From contig CANRPY010000003.1 in assembly GCA_947632595.1 (NCBI GenBank), positions 12,532-76,531 on the forward strand: a stretch of DNA of 64,000 nucleotides, written 5' to 3'. Positions 9,350-19,897 of the stretch are shown in pieces (the first letter of the stretch is position 1; each line of letters opens with the position of its first letter). This DNA is from an uncultured Bacilli bacterium. GTDB lineage: Bacteria > Bacillota_I > Bacilli_A > RF39 > UBA660. Made by a program: the position numbers and the translations under genes. The notes below the pieces were generated by a model, which had not been told where the DNA came from, ran no database searches, and worked only from the letters and a program-made list of their open reading frames with translations.

Positions 9350-11098
9350 TTACATTTTTTCTGGTACTTTCATACTTAGAATTTCTAATAAGAAATTATT
9401 TACCTTATACACAATCTCTGTTAAGACTAACCAAGACTCTTGTAATTCTTTATTTTCTTCCGTTAGAATCATATGTTCTGCATAAAATTTATTATATGCA
9501 GATGTTAAAACGTAAAGATATTCTGCAATGTCATTTAGACTCCTAGATTGTAGGGATTTTTCTAGGATATTTGGTAGTTCTAATAAGGTAAGAGCAATTT
9601 CTCTTTCTGTTGAACCTGATATTTGTTTGATTGTTTTTGCATTAAGGTTTTCTGCTTTTTTTAGAAGAGATTTCATACGGATTGTTGAATATAAAAGATA
9701 TGGTCCCGTTTTTCCTTCTAAGTCTGCAAACTTCTCTACTTCAAAGACATAATCGGTTTCTCTATATGGTAAAAAGTCTGCATATTTTAGAGCAGCAATT
9801 GCTACATCTTCGGCAATGGATGATTTTTCTTCTTCTAGTACAATGCTAGAATTGATTCTCTTTAAGGTTTCTTCTTTAACTAATTCAATTAGTCCTTTTA
9901 ATGACATTACTCCGCCATCTCTTGTTTTAAATGGTTTTCCATCTTTTCCATTCATCGTTCCAAAACCGATATGTTCTAGAGATACTTCTTTTCTTACTAA
10001 CTCGGCTTTTCTTGCAGAACGGAAAGTTTGTTCAAAGTGTAGGCCTTGTCTGCTATCTACTACATACCATATTTCATCTGGGTGATATTCCTTTTCTCTT
10101 TGCAGAATTGTTGCTAAATCGGTTGTTTCATAAGATAGCGTTCCATTGCTTTTTACAAATAATAATGGTGGCATTGGTGCTTTGTCTTCTTCTTCTGCTA
10201 CTTCTACTATCTTTGCTCCTTGGCTTTCTATTAATAGATGTTTTTCTTCAAAGATTTGTTCTAATTCTTGGAAATATTCTGCAGCATCACTTTCTCCTAA
10301 CCATAACTCAAATTCGGTATTAATTCTTTCATATACTTTTTTAATATCTTCTTTAGAAATTTCTACGATCTTTTTCCATAAATCGTAATATCCTCTTTCA
10401 TGGTTTTGGATTTTTGTTGTTACTTCTCTTCCTTCTTCTAGATAGGCTTCACTCTCTTTTGCTTTTTGAGATGCTAAAGGATAGATTTTTTCTAAATCTT
10501 CGTTTTGAATTGGTAGCGTTAATTCTTCATAATTTCCTGTGTAATTTTTATCAAAATAAGGAAGTTCTGGGTACATTTTTTGAATTTCTAGTACTACGAA
10601 CCCTAATGGTCTTCCATAGTCCCCTAAGTGAGCATCTCCTAATACTTCGTAGCCTAGGGCTCTTGCTAAACGTTTTAAGGCTTCTCCTAAATTAGCGCTT
10701 CTTAAATGCCCTACATGTAGTGCTTTTGCAACGTTTGCTCCTCCGTAGTCGATAATGATTTTTTTCTTCTCTTTTTTATCAATATTTGCGAAAAGATCGT
10801 TATTTATTTTATTTAAAAAGTCTTTTAAATAGTCTTCTGATAGACTAAAATTAATAAATCCTGGTCCTGCAATATTTACATTGATAAAACGTCCATCTTT
10901 TTTTAATTCTTCTGAAATTTTAGTTGCAATCTCTCTTGGATTTTCATGATATGTCTTTGCTAATTGCATGGCATCATTTAGTTGGTATTCGCCTAAATCT
11001 TTTCTATTAGATGGCTCAATTGCAAGGGTTTCTACTTCATAACCACTCTTTTTTACAATCTCTTTAATGTCTTCTATCGTCTTTCTTAAAATACTCAT
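9350..11098 (-). CDS. argS: Arginine--tRNA ligase
   Basis: AGPGFINF, HVGH (HIGH) motif, PFKTRDG, GKTGPYLLYS, C-terminal VPEKM. Confidence 0.97.
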   Translation of the reverse strand: MSILRKTIEDIKEIVKKSGYEVETLAIEPSNRKDLGEYQLNDAMQLAKTYHENPREIATKISEELKKDGRFINVNIAGPGFINFSLSEDYLKDFLNKINNDLFANIDKKEKKKIIIDYGGANVAKALHVGHLRSANLGEALKRLARALGYEVLGDAHLGDYGRPLGFVVLEIQKMYPELPYFDKNYTGNYEELTLPIQNEDLEKIYPLASQKAKESEAYLEEGREVTTKIQNHERGYYDLWKKIVEISKEDIKKVYERINTEFELWLGESDAAEYFQELEQIFEEKHLLIESQGAKIVEVAEEEDKAPMPPLLFVKSNGTLSYETTDLATILQREKEYHPDEIWYVVDSRQGLHFEQTFRSARKAELVRKEVSLEHIGFGTMNGKDGKPFKTRDGGVMSLKGLIELVKEETLKRINSSIVLEEEKSSIAEDVAIAALKYADFLPYRETDYVFEVEKFADLEGKTGPYLLYSTIRMKSLLKKAENLNAKTIKQISGSTEREIALTLLELPNILEKSLQSRSLNDIAEYLYVLTSAYNKFYAEHMILTEENKELQESWLVLTEIVYKVNNFLLEILSMKVPEKM

Positions 11099-11445
11099 TT
11101 TTCCACCTCTATCTTATATAGAAAATCTTGATTTTCTACTTGATATTTTATTTCAATTTCTTGATCTTTCTTTTCTATCTTTTTTGTTATTATGGGAAGA
11201 TTTATTGTTTTTTGATATTCTTTTATTTCTATCTGTCCTTCTGTTTTCTTCCCTTCTTGAAAGGAATACTGCATTCGTAGTTTATCATTTTCTCTTATTA
11301 GAGTATTCTCCTCATAATTATATATCACATGTGTTTGATTTTTTTCTACATATTTTATTTTATTTTCTTCAAGTATGGCTGTTGTCTCATAAGATGTATC
11401 TACTTCTTCGTTTTGTATTGTAATTTTTACTCTTATCTTAGACAC
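11095..11445 (-). CDS. DUF1934 (YwiB-like) beta-barrel protein
   Basis: Overlaps argS start as ywiB does in Bacilli; beta-rich 116 aa. Confidence 0.6.
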   Translation of the reverse strand: MSKIRVKITIQNEEVDTSYETTAILEENKIKYVEKNQTHVIYNYEENTLIRENDKLRMQYSFQEGKKTEGQIEIKEYQKTINLPIITKKIEKKDQEIEIKYQVENQDFLYKIEVEK

Positions 11446-11511
11446 ATTCCCACCTACTTCAAAGTTATGGTATGATTATACCACAAAATTCTTTTTTTAC
11501 TAGTTATTTGT

Positions 11512-11541
11512 ACATATTTTTCTTTTTTCTCTCTCATACTA
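11512..11541 (+). promoter_or_regulatory. Putative sigmaG/sigmaF forespore promoter of the PBP gene
   Basis: ACATA-N18-CATACTA versus sigmaG consensus GNATR-N18-CATNNTA. Confidence 0.45.
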
Positions 11542-11555
11542 TTATGGGTGATTTC

Positions 11556-13514
11556 ATGAAAATACTTAAAAAAATAATTCGTATTTTTCTTGTTTTTTTG
11601 CTTCTTATTGGTCTTTTTTGTGGGGGAGTTTATCTTTTTATTCGTTTTTCTCCTAAGATTATGATTAATAGCGCCAATAATATTACTTTATATGATAAAA
11701 GTGACCAGGCTTTTTTTACGGGAAGTGAAAAAGGAGAATGGACTTCTCTTGATGAGATTTCTCCTCATTTAATTCAGGCAACTATTTATACGGAGGATAA
11801 AAAATTTTATAAACATTTTGGTTTTGATATTCCTCGTATTGTGAAGGCTCTATGTTCTAATATTCTTACCCAGAGTCATTCTCAAGGGGCTTCTACTATT
11901 ACGCAACAGTATGCAAAAAATTTATTTTTAGATTTTGATAAAACTTGGAAGAGAAAATTTCTAGAAGCTTGGTATACGCTTCGAATTGAGGTTAATTACA
12001 GTAAAGATGAAATATTAGAGGGATACTTAAATACGATTAATTATGGGCATGGAAATTATGGGATTGAGAATGCTAGTCATTTTTACTTTAATAAAGATAG
12101 TTCTGATTTATCATTAGCAGAAGCAAGTATTCTTGCGGGGATTCCGAAATCTCCAAGTAATTATTCTCCTCTTGTTTCTTTGGATGCCGCTAAAGAAAGA
12201 CAATTGCTTGTTTTAAATAGTTTGGTACGAAATAAAATCATTACGGAAGAGGAAAAGGAAAAAGCATATCAGGAAGAACTTCATTTTGTTGGAGAGGAAA
12301 AAGAAGATTTATTAACTAGTATTCATTATTATCAAGATGCCATTATGAAAGAGTTAGAGAATATTCCTACGATTCCTTCTGATTATAGTGATATTGGTGG
12401 GCTTAAAATCTATACAAATTTTCAATATGATGTGCAAAAGAATTTAGAGAAGACGGTACAAGAGACTTTTCCGGATGACTCTAAATTACAGACTGCTGTC
12501 GTGGTGATGGACCCTAGTAATGGAGGTATTATGGCTCTTATTGGGGGAAGGGATTATCAGGAGTCTAGTTATAATCGAGCAACGGACTCTAAGAGACAGG
12601 TAGGTTCTACTATGAAACCTTATTTATATTATTCTGCTTTAGAAAATGGGTTTACTTCCAGTACTGCTTTTGTGAGTGAGAGAACTACGTTTCCTTTATC
12701 GGAAGGCAAGACTTATTCTCCTAGAAATTATAATGATGTTTATGGAGATAAGGCAATTTCTATGGCTACGGCTATTGCTTATAGTGATAATATTTATGCG
12801 GTTAAGACTCATTTGTTTTTAGGGACGGAAAGTTTGATTCAAGTTGCTAGAAGGGTTGGAATTGAAGAAAAATTAGATGAAGTGCCTTCTCTTCCTTTGG
12901 GAACTAGTGAAATCAATATTATGCATATGGCAAGTGGGTATGCTGCTTTTGCAAATACTGGGTATAAGGTTGATGCTCATCTCATTAATAAAGTAGAAGA
13001 TGGAAGTGGGAATGTTTTATATGAACACACTTCGGAAAAGGAACTTGTTTTAAATCCAAGTTTGGTCTACATTCTTAATAACATGCTTACTGCACCTTAT
13101 GATCCTTTATATGTGGATTATAATTACCCTACTGCGATTAGTTTATCGGGAAAACTTACTCATACTTATGCTTTAAAGAGTGGTACTACGAGTGGTGATA
13201 ATTGGAATATTGGTTTTAATCAAAAAGTACTATGCGCTGTATGGGTTGGTTATGATGATAATACAGAACTTGTGAAAAGCGATTATAAATATGCTCAAAA
13301 TATTTGGTATAAAACAGTAGAAGCTTATGAAGAAGGGATGAGTAATGAGGATGTTTGGTATGAAAAACCGAATAATGTTGTTGGCGTTTTGGTGGAACCT
13401 ATCTCAGGAAAACCTGCAAATGACGGGGATGAACATGTTAAACTTATGTATTTCTTAAAAGGAACAGAACCTAATGGGGATGAACCTGTATTTGATGAGA
13501 TTGAGAATCCTTGA
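11556..13514 (+). CDS. Class A (bifunctional) penicillin-binding protein, PbpG/YwhE-like
   Basis: Transglycosylase motifs EDKKFYKH, GASTITQQYAKN, RK..E; transpeptidase motifs STMK, SDN, KSG; divergent from ywiB-argS. Confidence 0.9.
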   Translation: MKILKKIIRIFLVFLLLIGLFCGGVYLFIRFSPKIMINSANNITLYDKSDQAFFTGSEKGEWTSLDEISPHLIQATIYTEDKKFYKHFGFDIPRIVKALCSNILTQSHSQGASTITQQYAKNLFLDFDKTWKRKFLEAWYTLRIEVNYSKDEILEGYLNTINYGHGNYGIENASHFYFNKDSSDLSLAEASILAGIPKSPSNYSPLVSLDAAKERQLLVLNSLVRNKIITEEEKEKAYQEELHFVGEEKEDLLTSIHYYQDAIMKELENIPTIPSDYSDIGGLKIYTNFQYDVQKNLEKTVQETFPDDSKLQTAVVVMDPSNGGIMALIGGRDYQESSYNRATDSKRQVGSTMKPYLYYSALENGFTSSTAFVSERTTFPLSEGKTYSPRNYNDVYGDKAISMATAIAYSDNIYAVKTHLFLGTESLIQVARRVGIEEKLDEVPSLPLGTSEINIMHMASGYAAFANTGYKVDAHLINKVEDGSGNVLYEHTSEKELVLNPSLVYILNNMLTAPYDPLYVDYNYPTAISLSGKLTHTYALKSGTTSGDNWNIGFNQKVLCAVWVGYDDNTELVKSDYKYAQNIWYKTVEAYEEGMSNEDVWYEKPNNVVGVLVEPISGKPANDGDEHVKLMYFLKGTEPNGDEPVFDEIENP

Positions 13515-13582
13515 TTCTCTTTTTTGTTATATTGTATATTTGCGATTTTCTTGTTATAATTTAGATGATAAGGAGGAATGCT

Positions 13583-14119
13583 ATGATAGAGACTATTTTA
13601 GGTATCGTTGTTGTTGTTAGTTTACTGCTACTTATTCTTACACTTATTAGTAATAAGTTTCAATTTGCTATCATCAAAATAGAACAAGCAGAAGAAGAAA
13701 TCTCTCTTTATTTAGATACGAAAAAGAATCTTTTAGATCGAACAAGACCGATAGTTACAAAAGAATTAAAATTAGAAGAATTCTTACCGGAGTTAGATCA
13801 AAATTTTGAAGAGATCTCTAATTTTGATGAGCATGATATTTTGAAGAAAGCTTATAATGACTTATACAAGATTATTGATGAGAATGATAAATTATTAAAA
13901 AGTGAAGCTCTGTCATCTATCTTAAAAGAATTAAATGATAATGAGGAAGATATTATAGGGGCTATTAAATACTATAATAATACGGTTGTTACCTATAATA
14001 AATTGGTTTTATCTTTTCCATCTAATATTATTGGATTTTTTAAGGGATGCAAGAAAAAGGCTTTTTATAATAATGAAAAGAAAGAAATGTTTGAAATATT
14101 AAACGAGAATAGAGGTTAA
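13583..14119 (+). CDS. LemA-family protein
   Basis: N-terminal TM helix, coiled-coil body, YYNNTV..YN..V.SFPSNIIG motif. Confidence 0.75.
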   Translation: MIETILGIVVVVSLLLLILTLISNKFQFAIIKIEQAEEEISLYLDTKKNLLDRTRPIVTKELKLEEFLPELDQNFEEISNFDEHDILKKAYNDLYKIIDENDKLLKSEALSSILKELNDNEEDIIGAIKYYNNTVVTYNKLVLSFPSNIIGFFKGCKKKAFYNNEKKEMFEILNENRG

Positions 14120-14121
14120 TT

Positions 14122-15114
14122 ATGAATTTTATTGAAACAATTAAGGATAGAGCAAAAAAGGATAAAAAGACAATTGTTCTTCCTGAAACTATGGATAGAA
14201 GAGTATTAGAGGCTGCTAGTAAGGTATTACAAGAAGGGATTGCTCATGTTATTTTGATTGGGAATTCTAAGAAGATTTTAGAGGAGTATGCTGATCTTTC
14301 TTTAGGAGAAGCTACTTTTATTGATCCTTTAGAATCTGATCTTACAGAAGAATTAATTCAAAAATTAGTAGAACTTCGTCGTGAAAAAGGTATGACTTAT
14401 GAAGAAGCTAAACGATTATTATTAGAAGATTATATGTATTTTGCTTGTATGTTAGTAAAGACTGGTCGAGCAGATGGTGTTGTATCTGGAGCTTGTCACT
14501 CTACTTCTAATACGTTAAGACCTGCACTACAAATCATTAAAACTAAGCCAGGTGTTCTTCTTGTATCCGCATTCTTCTTGATGGTTGTTCCTGATTGTGA
14601 ATATGGAGAACATGGTATCTTTGTTTTTGCAGATGCTGGATTGGAACAAAATCCTACTCCTGATAAGTTAGCTGCAATTGCTGCTAGTAGTGCAGATAGT
14701 TTTCAATTTTTGGTTCAAAAGGAACCTATCGTCGCAATGCTTTCTCATTCTACGGTTGGTAGTGCAAAACATGCTGATGTTGATAAAGTAGTAGAAGGCG
14801 TTCGTATTGCGAAGGAAAGTTATCCGGAGTATCAAATTGACGGAGAATTCCAGTTAGATGCTGCGATTGTTCCTGAAGTTGCTAAAAGCAAAGCTCCTGA
14901 TTCTAAGATTGCTGGTCATGCAAATGTATTGGTATTCCCAGACTTAGATGCTGGTAATATTGGTTATAAATTGGTTCAAAGACTTGCAAAGGCTGAAGCC
15001 TACGGACCTATTACTCAAGGAATTGCTGCTCCTGTTAATGATTTATCTAGAGGTTGCTCTAGTGATGATATTGTTGGAGTGGTTGCTATTACTGCTGTTC
15101 AAGCTCAAAAATAA
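14122..15114 (+). CDS. pta: Phosphate acetyltransferase
   Basis: IVLPE, LRPALQIIKT, DGEFQLDAA, FPDLDAGNIGYK, PVNDLSRGCS. Confidence 0.97.
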   Translation: MNFIETIKDRAKKDKKTIVLPETMDRRVLEAASKVLQEGIAHVILIGNSKKILEEYADLSLGEATFIDPLESDLTEELIQKLVELRREKGMTYEEAKRLLLEDYMYFACMLVKTGRADGVVSGACHSTSNTLRPALQIIKTKPGVLLVSAFFLMVVPDCEYGEHGIFVFADAGLEQNPTPDKLAAIAASSADSFQFLVQKEPIVAMLSHSTVGSAKHADVDKVVEGVRIAKESYPEYQIDGEFQLDAAIVPEVAKSKAPDSKIAGHANVLVFPDLDAGNIGYKLVQRLAKAEAYGPITQGIAAPVNDLSRGCSSDDIVGVVAITAVQAQK

Positions 15115-15145
15115 AAAAAATCCACAATTTTTGTGGATTTTTTTA
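15113..15145. terminator. Bidirectional intrinsic terminator between convergent pta and ung
   Basis: AAAAAAAATCCACAA-TTT-TTGTGGATTTTTTT inverted repeat with A/T tails on both sides. Confidence 0.85.
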
Positions 15146-15805
15146 TTCTACTCTCCAATCGATTTCTTGGATGCCATTTTTCTTTAGAAATTCGTTGGTT
15201 TTGGAAAATGGTTTGCTGCCAAAAAAACCATTATAAGCAGAAAATGGAGATGGGTGGGCAGACTCAATAATCAAATGTTTTGGGTTTGTAATCAAACTCT
15301 TTTTTTGTCTTGCATAGGCTCCCCAAAGAATAAATACAACAGGAGTCTCTTTTTCATTTATGATTTTGATAATATCATCTGTAAAATGTTCCCACCCTTG
15401 ATCTTTATGAGAAGTTGGTTTATGTTCTTCTACTGTTAAGACTGCATTTAGAAGCAATACTCCTTGTTTTGCCCACGGCTTTAAGGAGTTAGATTCTGGA
15501 AAAGGGATTCCCAAGTCACTTTCTAGTTCCTTAAAAATGTTTTTTAATGATGGTGGTTTTAATACTTCATTTTTTACAGAAAAAGATAGTCCTTCTGCTT
15601 GATTAGGTCCATGATAAGGATCTTGTCCTAAAATCACTACTTTTACATTATCATAGTCCGTGTAACGAAATGCATTCATGACTTCATTTTCTTTTGGATA
15701 TATTGTATGTGTTTTATATTCGTTTTTTACGAAATTCATTAGCTTTTGAAAATACTCTTGTTGATATTCTTCTTTTAATAATTCGTCCCATTTATTTCCA
15801 ATCAT
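15143..15805 (-). CDS. ung: Uracil-DNA glycosylase
   Basis: GQDPYHG, PPSLKNI, GVLLLNAVLTV, AHPSPFS. Confidence 0.97.
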   Translation of the reverse strand: MIGNKWDELLKEEYQQEYFQKLMNFVKNEYKTHTIYPKENEVMNAFRYTDYDNVKVVILGQDPYHGPNQAEGLSFSVKNEVLKPPSLKNIFKELESDLGIPFPESNSLKPWAKQGVLLLNAVLTVEEHKPTSHKDQGWEHFTDDIIKIINEKETPVVFILWGAYARQKKSLITNPKHLIIESAHPSPFSAYNGFFGSKPFSKTNEFLKKNGIQEIDWRVE

Positions 15806-15813
15806 AGATCCTC

Positions 15814-16269
15814 CTATTTATGATAACTTTCATTGTGATTAATTTTAAATGCTCGATAGATTTGTTCTAATAAAATTACTCGAAATAGTTGATGAGGGAA
15901 AGTCATTTTAGAGAATGATAAATGGATTTTTGCTCGATTCTTGATTCTTTCGTCTAATCCATAGCTTCCTCCTATTACAAAAGATATTCTACTATTTTCT
16001 ATTTGTATTCTTCGAATTTCTTCTGCAAACTCTAAAGAGGTATATTCTTTTCCTTCTATTTCTAGTGTTATGACATAATCTTTATCTTCTAGATGTTTTT
16101 CGATTCTTTCTGCTTCTAATTTCATGGCTTTTTCTGTTTCTAAAAGCCCTTCTTCTTTTACTTCTATTAGTTCTATATTGGTATATTTTTGAAGTCTTTT
16201 TTGATACTCTTCTATCGCATCTTTTAAGTATTTTTCTTTGATAGTTCCTACTGTAATTATTTTTATCAT
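15814..16269 (-). CDS. rlmH: 23S rRNA m3Psi1915 methyltransferase
   Basis: FVIGGSYGL, LSFSKMTFPHQLFRVILLEQIYRA, C-terminal YHK. Confidence 0.96.
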   Translation of the reverse strand: MIKIITVGTIKEKYLKDAIEEYQKRLQKYTNIELIEVKEEGLLETEKAMKLEAERIEKHLEDKDYVITLEIEGKEYTSLEFAEEIRRIQIENSRISFVIGGSYGLDERIKNRAKIHLSFSKMTFPHQLFRVILLEQIYRAFKINHNESYHK

Positions 16270-16270
16270 A

Positions 16271-17026
16271 TTACACCTCTATGAATGGTCCTACTTCGTA
16301 TTGGTCTGCGATTAGGATTTGAATGTCTTCTGGTAATTCTTGTTCTGCCATTGCTTCTAATGCTTTTTCTTTGGTATTGTTCTTCTCACTAAGATGCGCT
16401 AATATAATGGCTTTGGTATTTGGACCAATGATTTTTTTTAGATATTTCGCGGTTGTTGTATTGGATAGGTGGCCGCTATCACTGATGACTCTTTCTTTTA
16501 AGAATCTAGGATAGGGTCCATCCATTAACATAACTTCATCATGATTGCTTTCTATCATATAACAGTCTTTTCCAACCATTTTTTCTAAATATTTTCTATT
16601 GATATAACCGGTATCGGTTACATAGACAAAACTTTTTCCTTCATACTTCATGATATAGCCTACTGAGACTGGAGCATCGTGAGAAGTATGAATTAATTCT
16701 ATTTCAACATTATTTATGAAGAAGTCATCTTCTATAAATTTACATCTTGGGTATGGTACATCGTTTTTTAGACTCTCATACATTGTTTCTGGAATGTAGA
16801 CGTCTAAATTTGTTTTTTTGATTAGGGTCTCTAATCCTTTTGTGTGATCCCTATGACAATGTGTTATTAAGACTCCTGAAAAATCAGAAAAAGAAAGGGA
16901 ATTTTCTTCTAGAACTTTTTGGAGAGTCGTGAAGGAAATTCCCATATCAATTATTATTTTTGTTTCGTCACATAGCACAATTGTACAATTTCCTTTGGAA
17001 CCACTGGCTATTGGTTTAATCTTCAT
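16271..17026 (-). CDS. walJ: MBL-fold 5'-3' exonuclease WalJ/YycJ
   Basis: ASGSKGN, THCHRDH (HxHxDH), SHDA, TDTG, ESNHD, GHLSN, LAHLSEKNN; start ATG 17026. Confidence 0.88.
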   Translation of the reverse strand: MKIKPIASGSKGNCTIVLCDETKIIIDMGISFTTLQKVLEENSLSFSDFSGVLITHCHRDHTKGLETLIKKTNLDVYIPETMYESLKNDVPYPRCKFIEDDFFINNVEIELIHTSHDAPVSVGYIMKYEGKSFVYVTDTGYINRKYLEKMVGKDCYMIESNHDEVMLMDGPYPRFLKERVISDSGHLSNTTTAKYLKKIIGPNTKAIILAHLSEKNNTKEKALEAMAEQELPEDIQILIADQYEVGPFIEV

Positions 17027-17027
17027 T

Positions 17028-18551
17028 TTAATAGAATTGCATGGCATTTAGTACGGTTCCTCCTCGATAAGGGAATCCATACCAAATTGCGAAGTGTACG
17101 TGTACACCTGTTGCCGCTCCTGTCATACCCATACCACCAATGACTTGTCCTTTTTCTACATAATCTCCTACGCTTACTGCACGGCATCCAGGACACATGT
17201 GCGCATATAGGGAATAATATCCATTGTGGTGATCGATAACGATATATTCTCCATTGTCTCCATATCCACCAGGATAATTACCATATTTCTTTTCCGAAAC
17301 GACAACGGTTCCTGCTTGAGCAGCAAAGATATTGGATCCATATCCACAACCCGCAATATCTGTTCCATCATGGAAAGATCCCCATCTCCATCCAAATGGA
17401 CTACTGATAGATGCACAAGTTGCTGGCCATCCCCAGGCTCCTCCATAAGGAAGTGGAGAACCATATCCATAGTAGCCGGATTGCTTTCCACCTTTTACAA
17501 TGATTTCATTTACTGGTTCTTTGATTGTCTCTGTATTTAGTGGAGTTCTACTTTCTACAACACCATTTACTTTTAACACTTCTTGTGTTACAAGGTTTTC
17601 TCCTTTTACTCCTTGTTGAATTACTTCGCTCCAACCAACATATTTATCATTATCATACTGTGTTTCTGTTGAATAGTTTTTTTCTTCATAGAAACTTACG
17701 GTATCTTGTTCTACTACGCTAAATTGTGGTTTTAAAACTCCAAGTGTTACTTTTTGTCCTGGAGAAAGTAACGTATTTTCATCTTGTAAATCTGGATTTG
17801 CGATTAAAAATTCTTGTACAGAAATTTTATTATTAAAAGCAACATCTGAGATGGTATCTCCTACTTGAATCGTATACATTTTTTGTTTTTTTGTTGTTCC
17901 AAATAATAGGTATTTACTTAATTCTTCTTCTGTTTGATAAATCTTTTTATCTACCGGGATTAAATCTTTTTTGATGGTAATTTTATTTTTAATATAGATA
18001 TTTACAATATAGGTTCCTACATCTTCTATTTCTGGTTGTGTATCATTGGCATAATTATTATAATCTGTTTCATCGATAAAGGATTTTACTGTCTTTTCAA
18101 TGGAATTGGTAAAGACTTTTTTATCCAATACATATATTTTTTGTGTTGTTCCTTTTATGGTTTTTCCATCTGTTGTTTTGGTATCTAATCCTTTTAACTT
18201 AATGACATATCCACTGATGGTGAAAGGCGAAATGTCTTTAATTTCTTCATAGATTTCTTCTGCTGTTTTTACTCCTTGATCAAAGGTTGTTTCTTTCTCT
18301 ATATCTAGATCTGTTGGAACATATACTTTATTGACATGGTATTTTTTCTTGATTTGGTCTTGTTGTTGGTCGATATAGTCTTCTAATTCTTTTTTAGATT
18401 CTATTAGACCTAATGACTTTCCTTTTAGATAGACTCTATATAAATCTCGTGGTTTACTCGATATGGATTGGAAACCTGACATTAGAAGAAAAACTATCAT
18501 TACTAGGAAAGATAACTTTATTTTTTTATTCACTTGGTGATCCCTCCCCAT
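17028..18551 (-). CDS. Peptidoglycan DD-endopeptidase (M23) with LysM and G5 domains
   Basis: N-terminal TM/signal; LysM (YTIQVGDTISDVA); G5-like (VIQQGVKGE...KEPVNEIIVKG); intact HDGTD and HVH zinc motifs; true start may be GTG 18533. Confidence 0.88.
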   Translation of the reverse strand: MGRDHQVNKKIKLSFLVMIVFLLMSGFQSISSKPRDLYRVYLKGKSLGLIESKKELEDYIDQQQDQIKKKYHVNKVYVPTDLDIEKETTFDQGVKTAEEIYEEIKDISPFTISGYVIKLKGLDTKTTDGKTIKGTTQKIYVLDKKVFTNSIEKTVKSFIDETDYNNYANDTQPEIEDVGTYIVNIYIKNKITIKKDLIPVDKKIYQTEEELSKYLLFGTTKKQKMYTIQVGDTISDVAFNNKISVQEFLIANPDLQDENTLLSPGQKVTLGVLKPQFSVVEQDTVSFYEEKNYSTETQYDNDKYVGWSEVIQQGVKGENLVTQEVLKVNGVVESRTPLNTETIKEPVNEIIVKGGKQSGYYGYGSPLPYGGAWGWPATCASISSPFGWRWGSFHDGTDIAGCGYGSNIFAAQAGTVVVSEKKYGNYPGGYGDNGEYIVIDHHNGYYSLYAHMCPGCRAVSVGDYVEKGQVIGGMGMTGAATGVHVHFAIWYGFPYRGGTVLNAMQFY

Positions 18552-19887
18552 TTTTTTCTTTTCTTAAATTTAAAAAGGTTGATGTATTTTTCTTGAATAA
18601 CAATTCTATGGTTGCGGTAGGTCCATTTCTGTGCTTACCGATAATTAATTCACTAATACTATTATTATCTTCTGTTCTTGCTTCTTTATTGTAATAATCA
18701 TCTCGGTATAAGAAGGCAACGATATCGGCATCTTGCTCGATGGATCCGGATTCTCTTAAATCACTCATTAATGGTCTTTTATCATCTCTGGATTCTACTC
18801 CACGAGATAATTGAGATAGGGCAATGACTGGTACTCCTAATTCCATCGCTAGTGTTTTAAGGCTTCTTGAAATATCGGATACTTCTTGTTGTCTGTTACT
18901 TCCGTAATTTTTTCCACCTGAGATTAATTGTAGGTAGTCAATCACTACAAGAGCAAGGCCTTTTTCGCTACTGGCAAGTCTTCTACATTTTGCTCTGATT
19001 TCTCCGATGGTAATTCCTGGAGTATCATCCATGACTAGATTGGTATCGGCAAGTTGAGATGCTGCTTCATTGATTCTTTTCCAATCTTGATTTAATAGAT
19101 TTCCCGTTCTTAATTTAAATCCATCTAATTGTCCTAGAGATGACAAAATACGCATAGCTAACTGTTCTGCACTCATCTCTAAGTTAAACAAAGCAACTGA
19201 TTTTTCTTGTGTCATGGCAACATGGGTTGCTAGATTAAGGGCAAAAGCTGTTTTTCCCATTGCTGGACGCGCTGCGATGATAATTAATTCATTTGGATGA
19301 AGTCCTGTTGTTAGACGATCAAAATCATACCATCCTGTTTCTAACCCTGTGATTTCTCCTTTATTTTCTGATAATCTTTCTAGGTCAGACTTTGTTTTGG
19401 CAATGATTTCTTTCATACTTCTAAATTCTGAAGATGTTCTTCTTTTTACAACGTTTAAAATCTTCTTTTCTGCATTATCTAAGATTTCATTAATCGTTTC
19501 ATCTGGACTATACCCATCTTGAGCAATTTCTTCACAAGTCGTGATTAATCCTCGAATTACACTGGAATCTTCTACACTTTTAATATAATAGTCAATATTA
19601 CTTGCAGTAGGCACGTAGTCTAACACTTCTGTTAGGTATTCTACTCCCCCTACTTCTGTTAAACTATTTTTGTTTTTTAAATAACTGGTAATTGTTGTAA
19701 TATCAATTGGTGTATTTTCTTCTTGTAATGCAATCATCGCACTAAATATTTTCGCATTTTTGTCACTATAGAATGCTTCTGGGGTAAGAGATTCTGTTGC
19801 CTTTTGAAGAGCATATTTTGACAAAAAGCATGATCCTAGTACGGATTCTTCTGCTTCTAAATTGTTTGGTAATGTTCTTATCGGCAT
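18526..19887 (-). CDS. dnaB: Replicative DNA helicase (DnaB; DnaC in Bacillus nomenclature)
   Basis: EAEESVLG, AARPAMGKT, IDYLQL, LSQLSR, SDLRESGSIEQDAD, KHRNGPT. Confidence 0.98.
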   Translation of the reverse strand: MPIRTLPNNLEAEESVLGSCFLSKYALQKATESLTPEAFYSDKNAKIFSAMIALQEENTPIDITTITSYLKNKNSLTEVGGVEYLTEVLDYVPTASNIDYYIKSVEDSSVIRGLITTCEEIAQDGYSPDETINEILDNAEKKILNVVKRRTSSEFRSMKEIIAKTKSDLERLSENKGEITGLETGWYDFDRLTTGLHPNELIIIAARPAMGKTAFALNLATHVAMTQEKSVALFNLEMSAEQLAMRILSSLGQLDGFKLRTGNLLNQDWKRINEAASQLADTNLVMDDTPGITIGEIRAKCRRLASSEKGLALVVIDYLQLISGGKNYGSNRQQEVSDISRSLKTLAMELGVPVIALSQLSRGVESRDDKRPLMSDLRESGSIEQDADIVAFLYRDDYYNKEARTEDNNSISELIIGKHRNGPTATIELLFKKNTSTFLNLRKEKNGEGSPSE

Positions 19888-19897
19888 TCTCTCACCT

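Noticed and set aside
15113-15145. TCCACA/TGTGGA inverted pair resembling DnaA boxes
   Set aside because: Two mismatches each, and fully explained as the pta/ung bidirectional terminator.
15806-15835. 3' end of rlmH (orfX), a known SCC-type integration site
   Set aside because: ung follows within 8 nt; no recombinase or direct repeat, so the site is empty.
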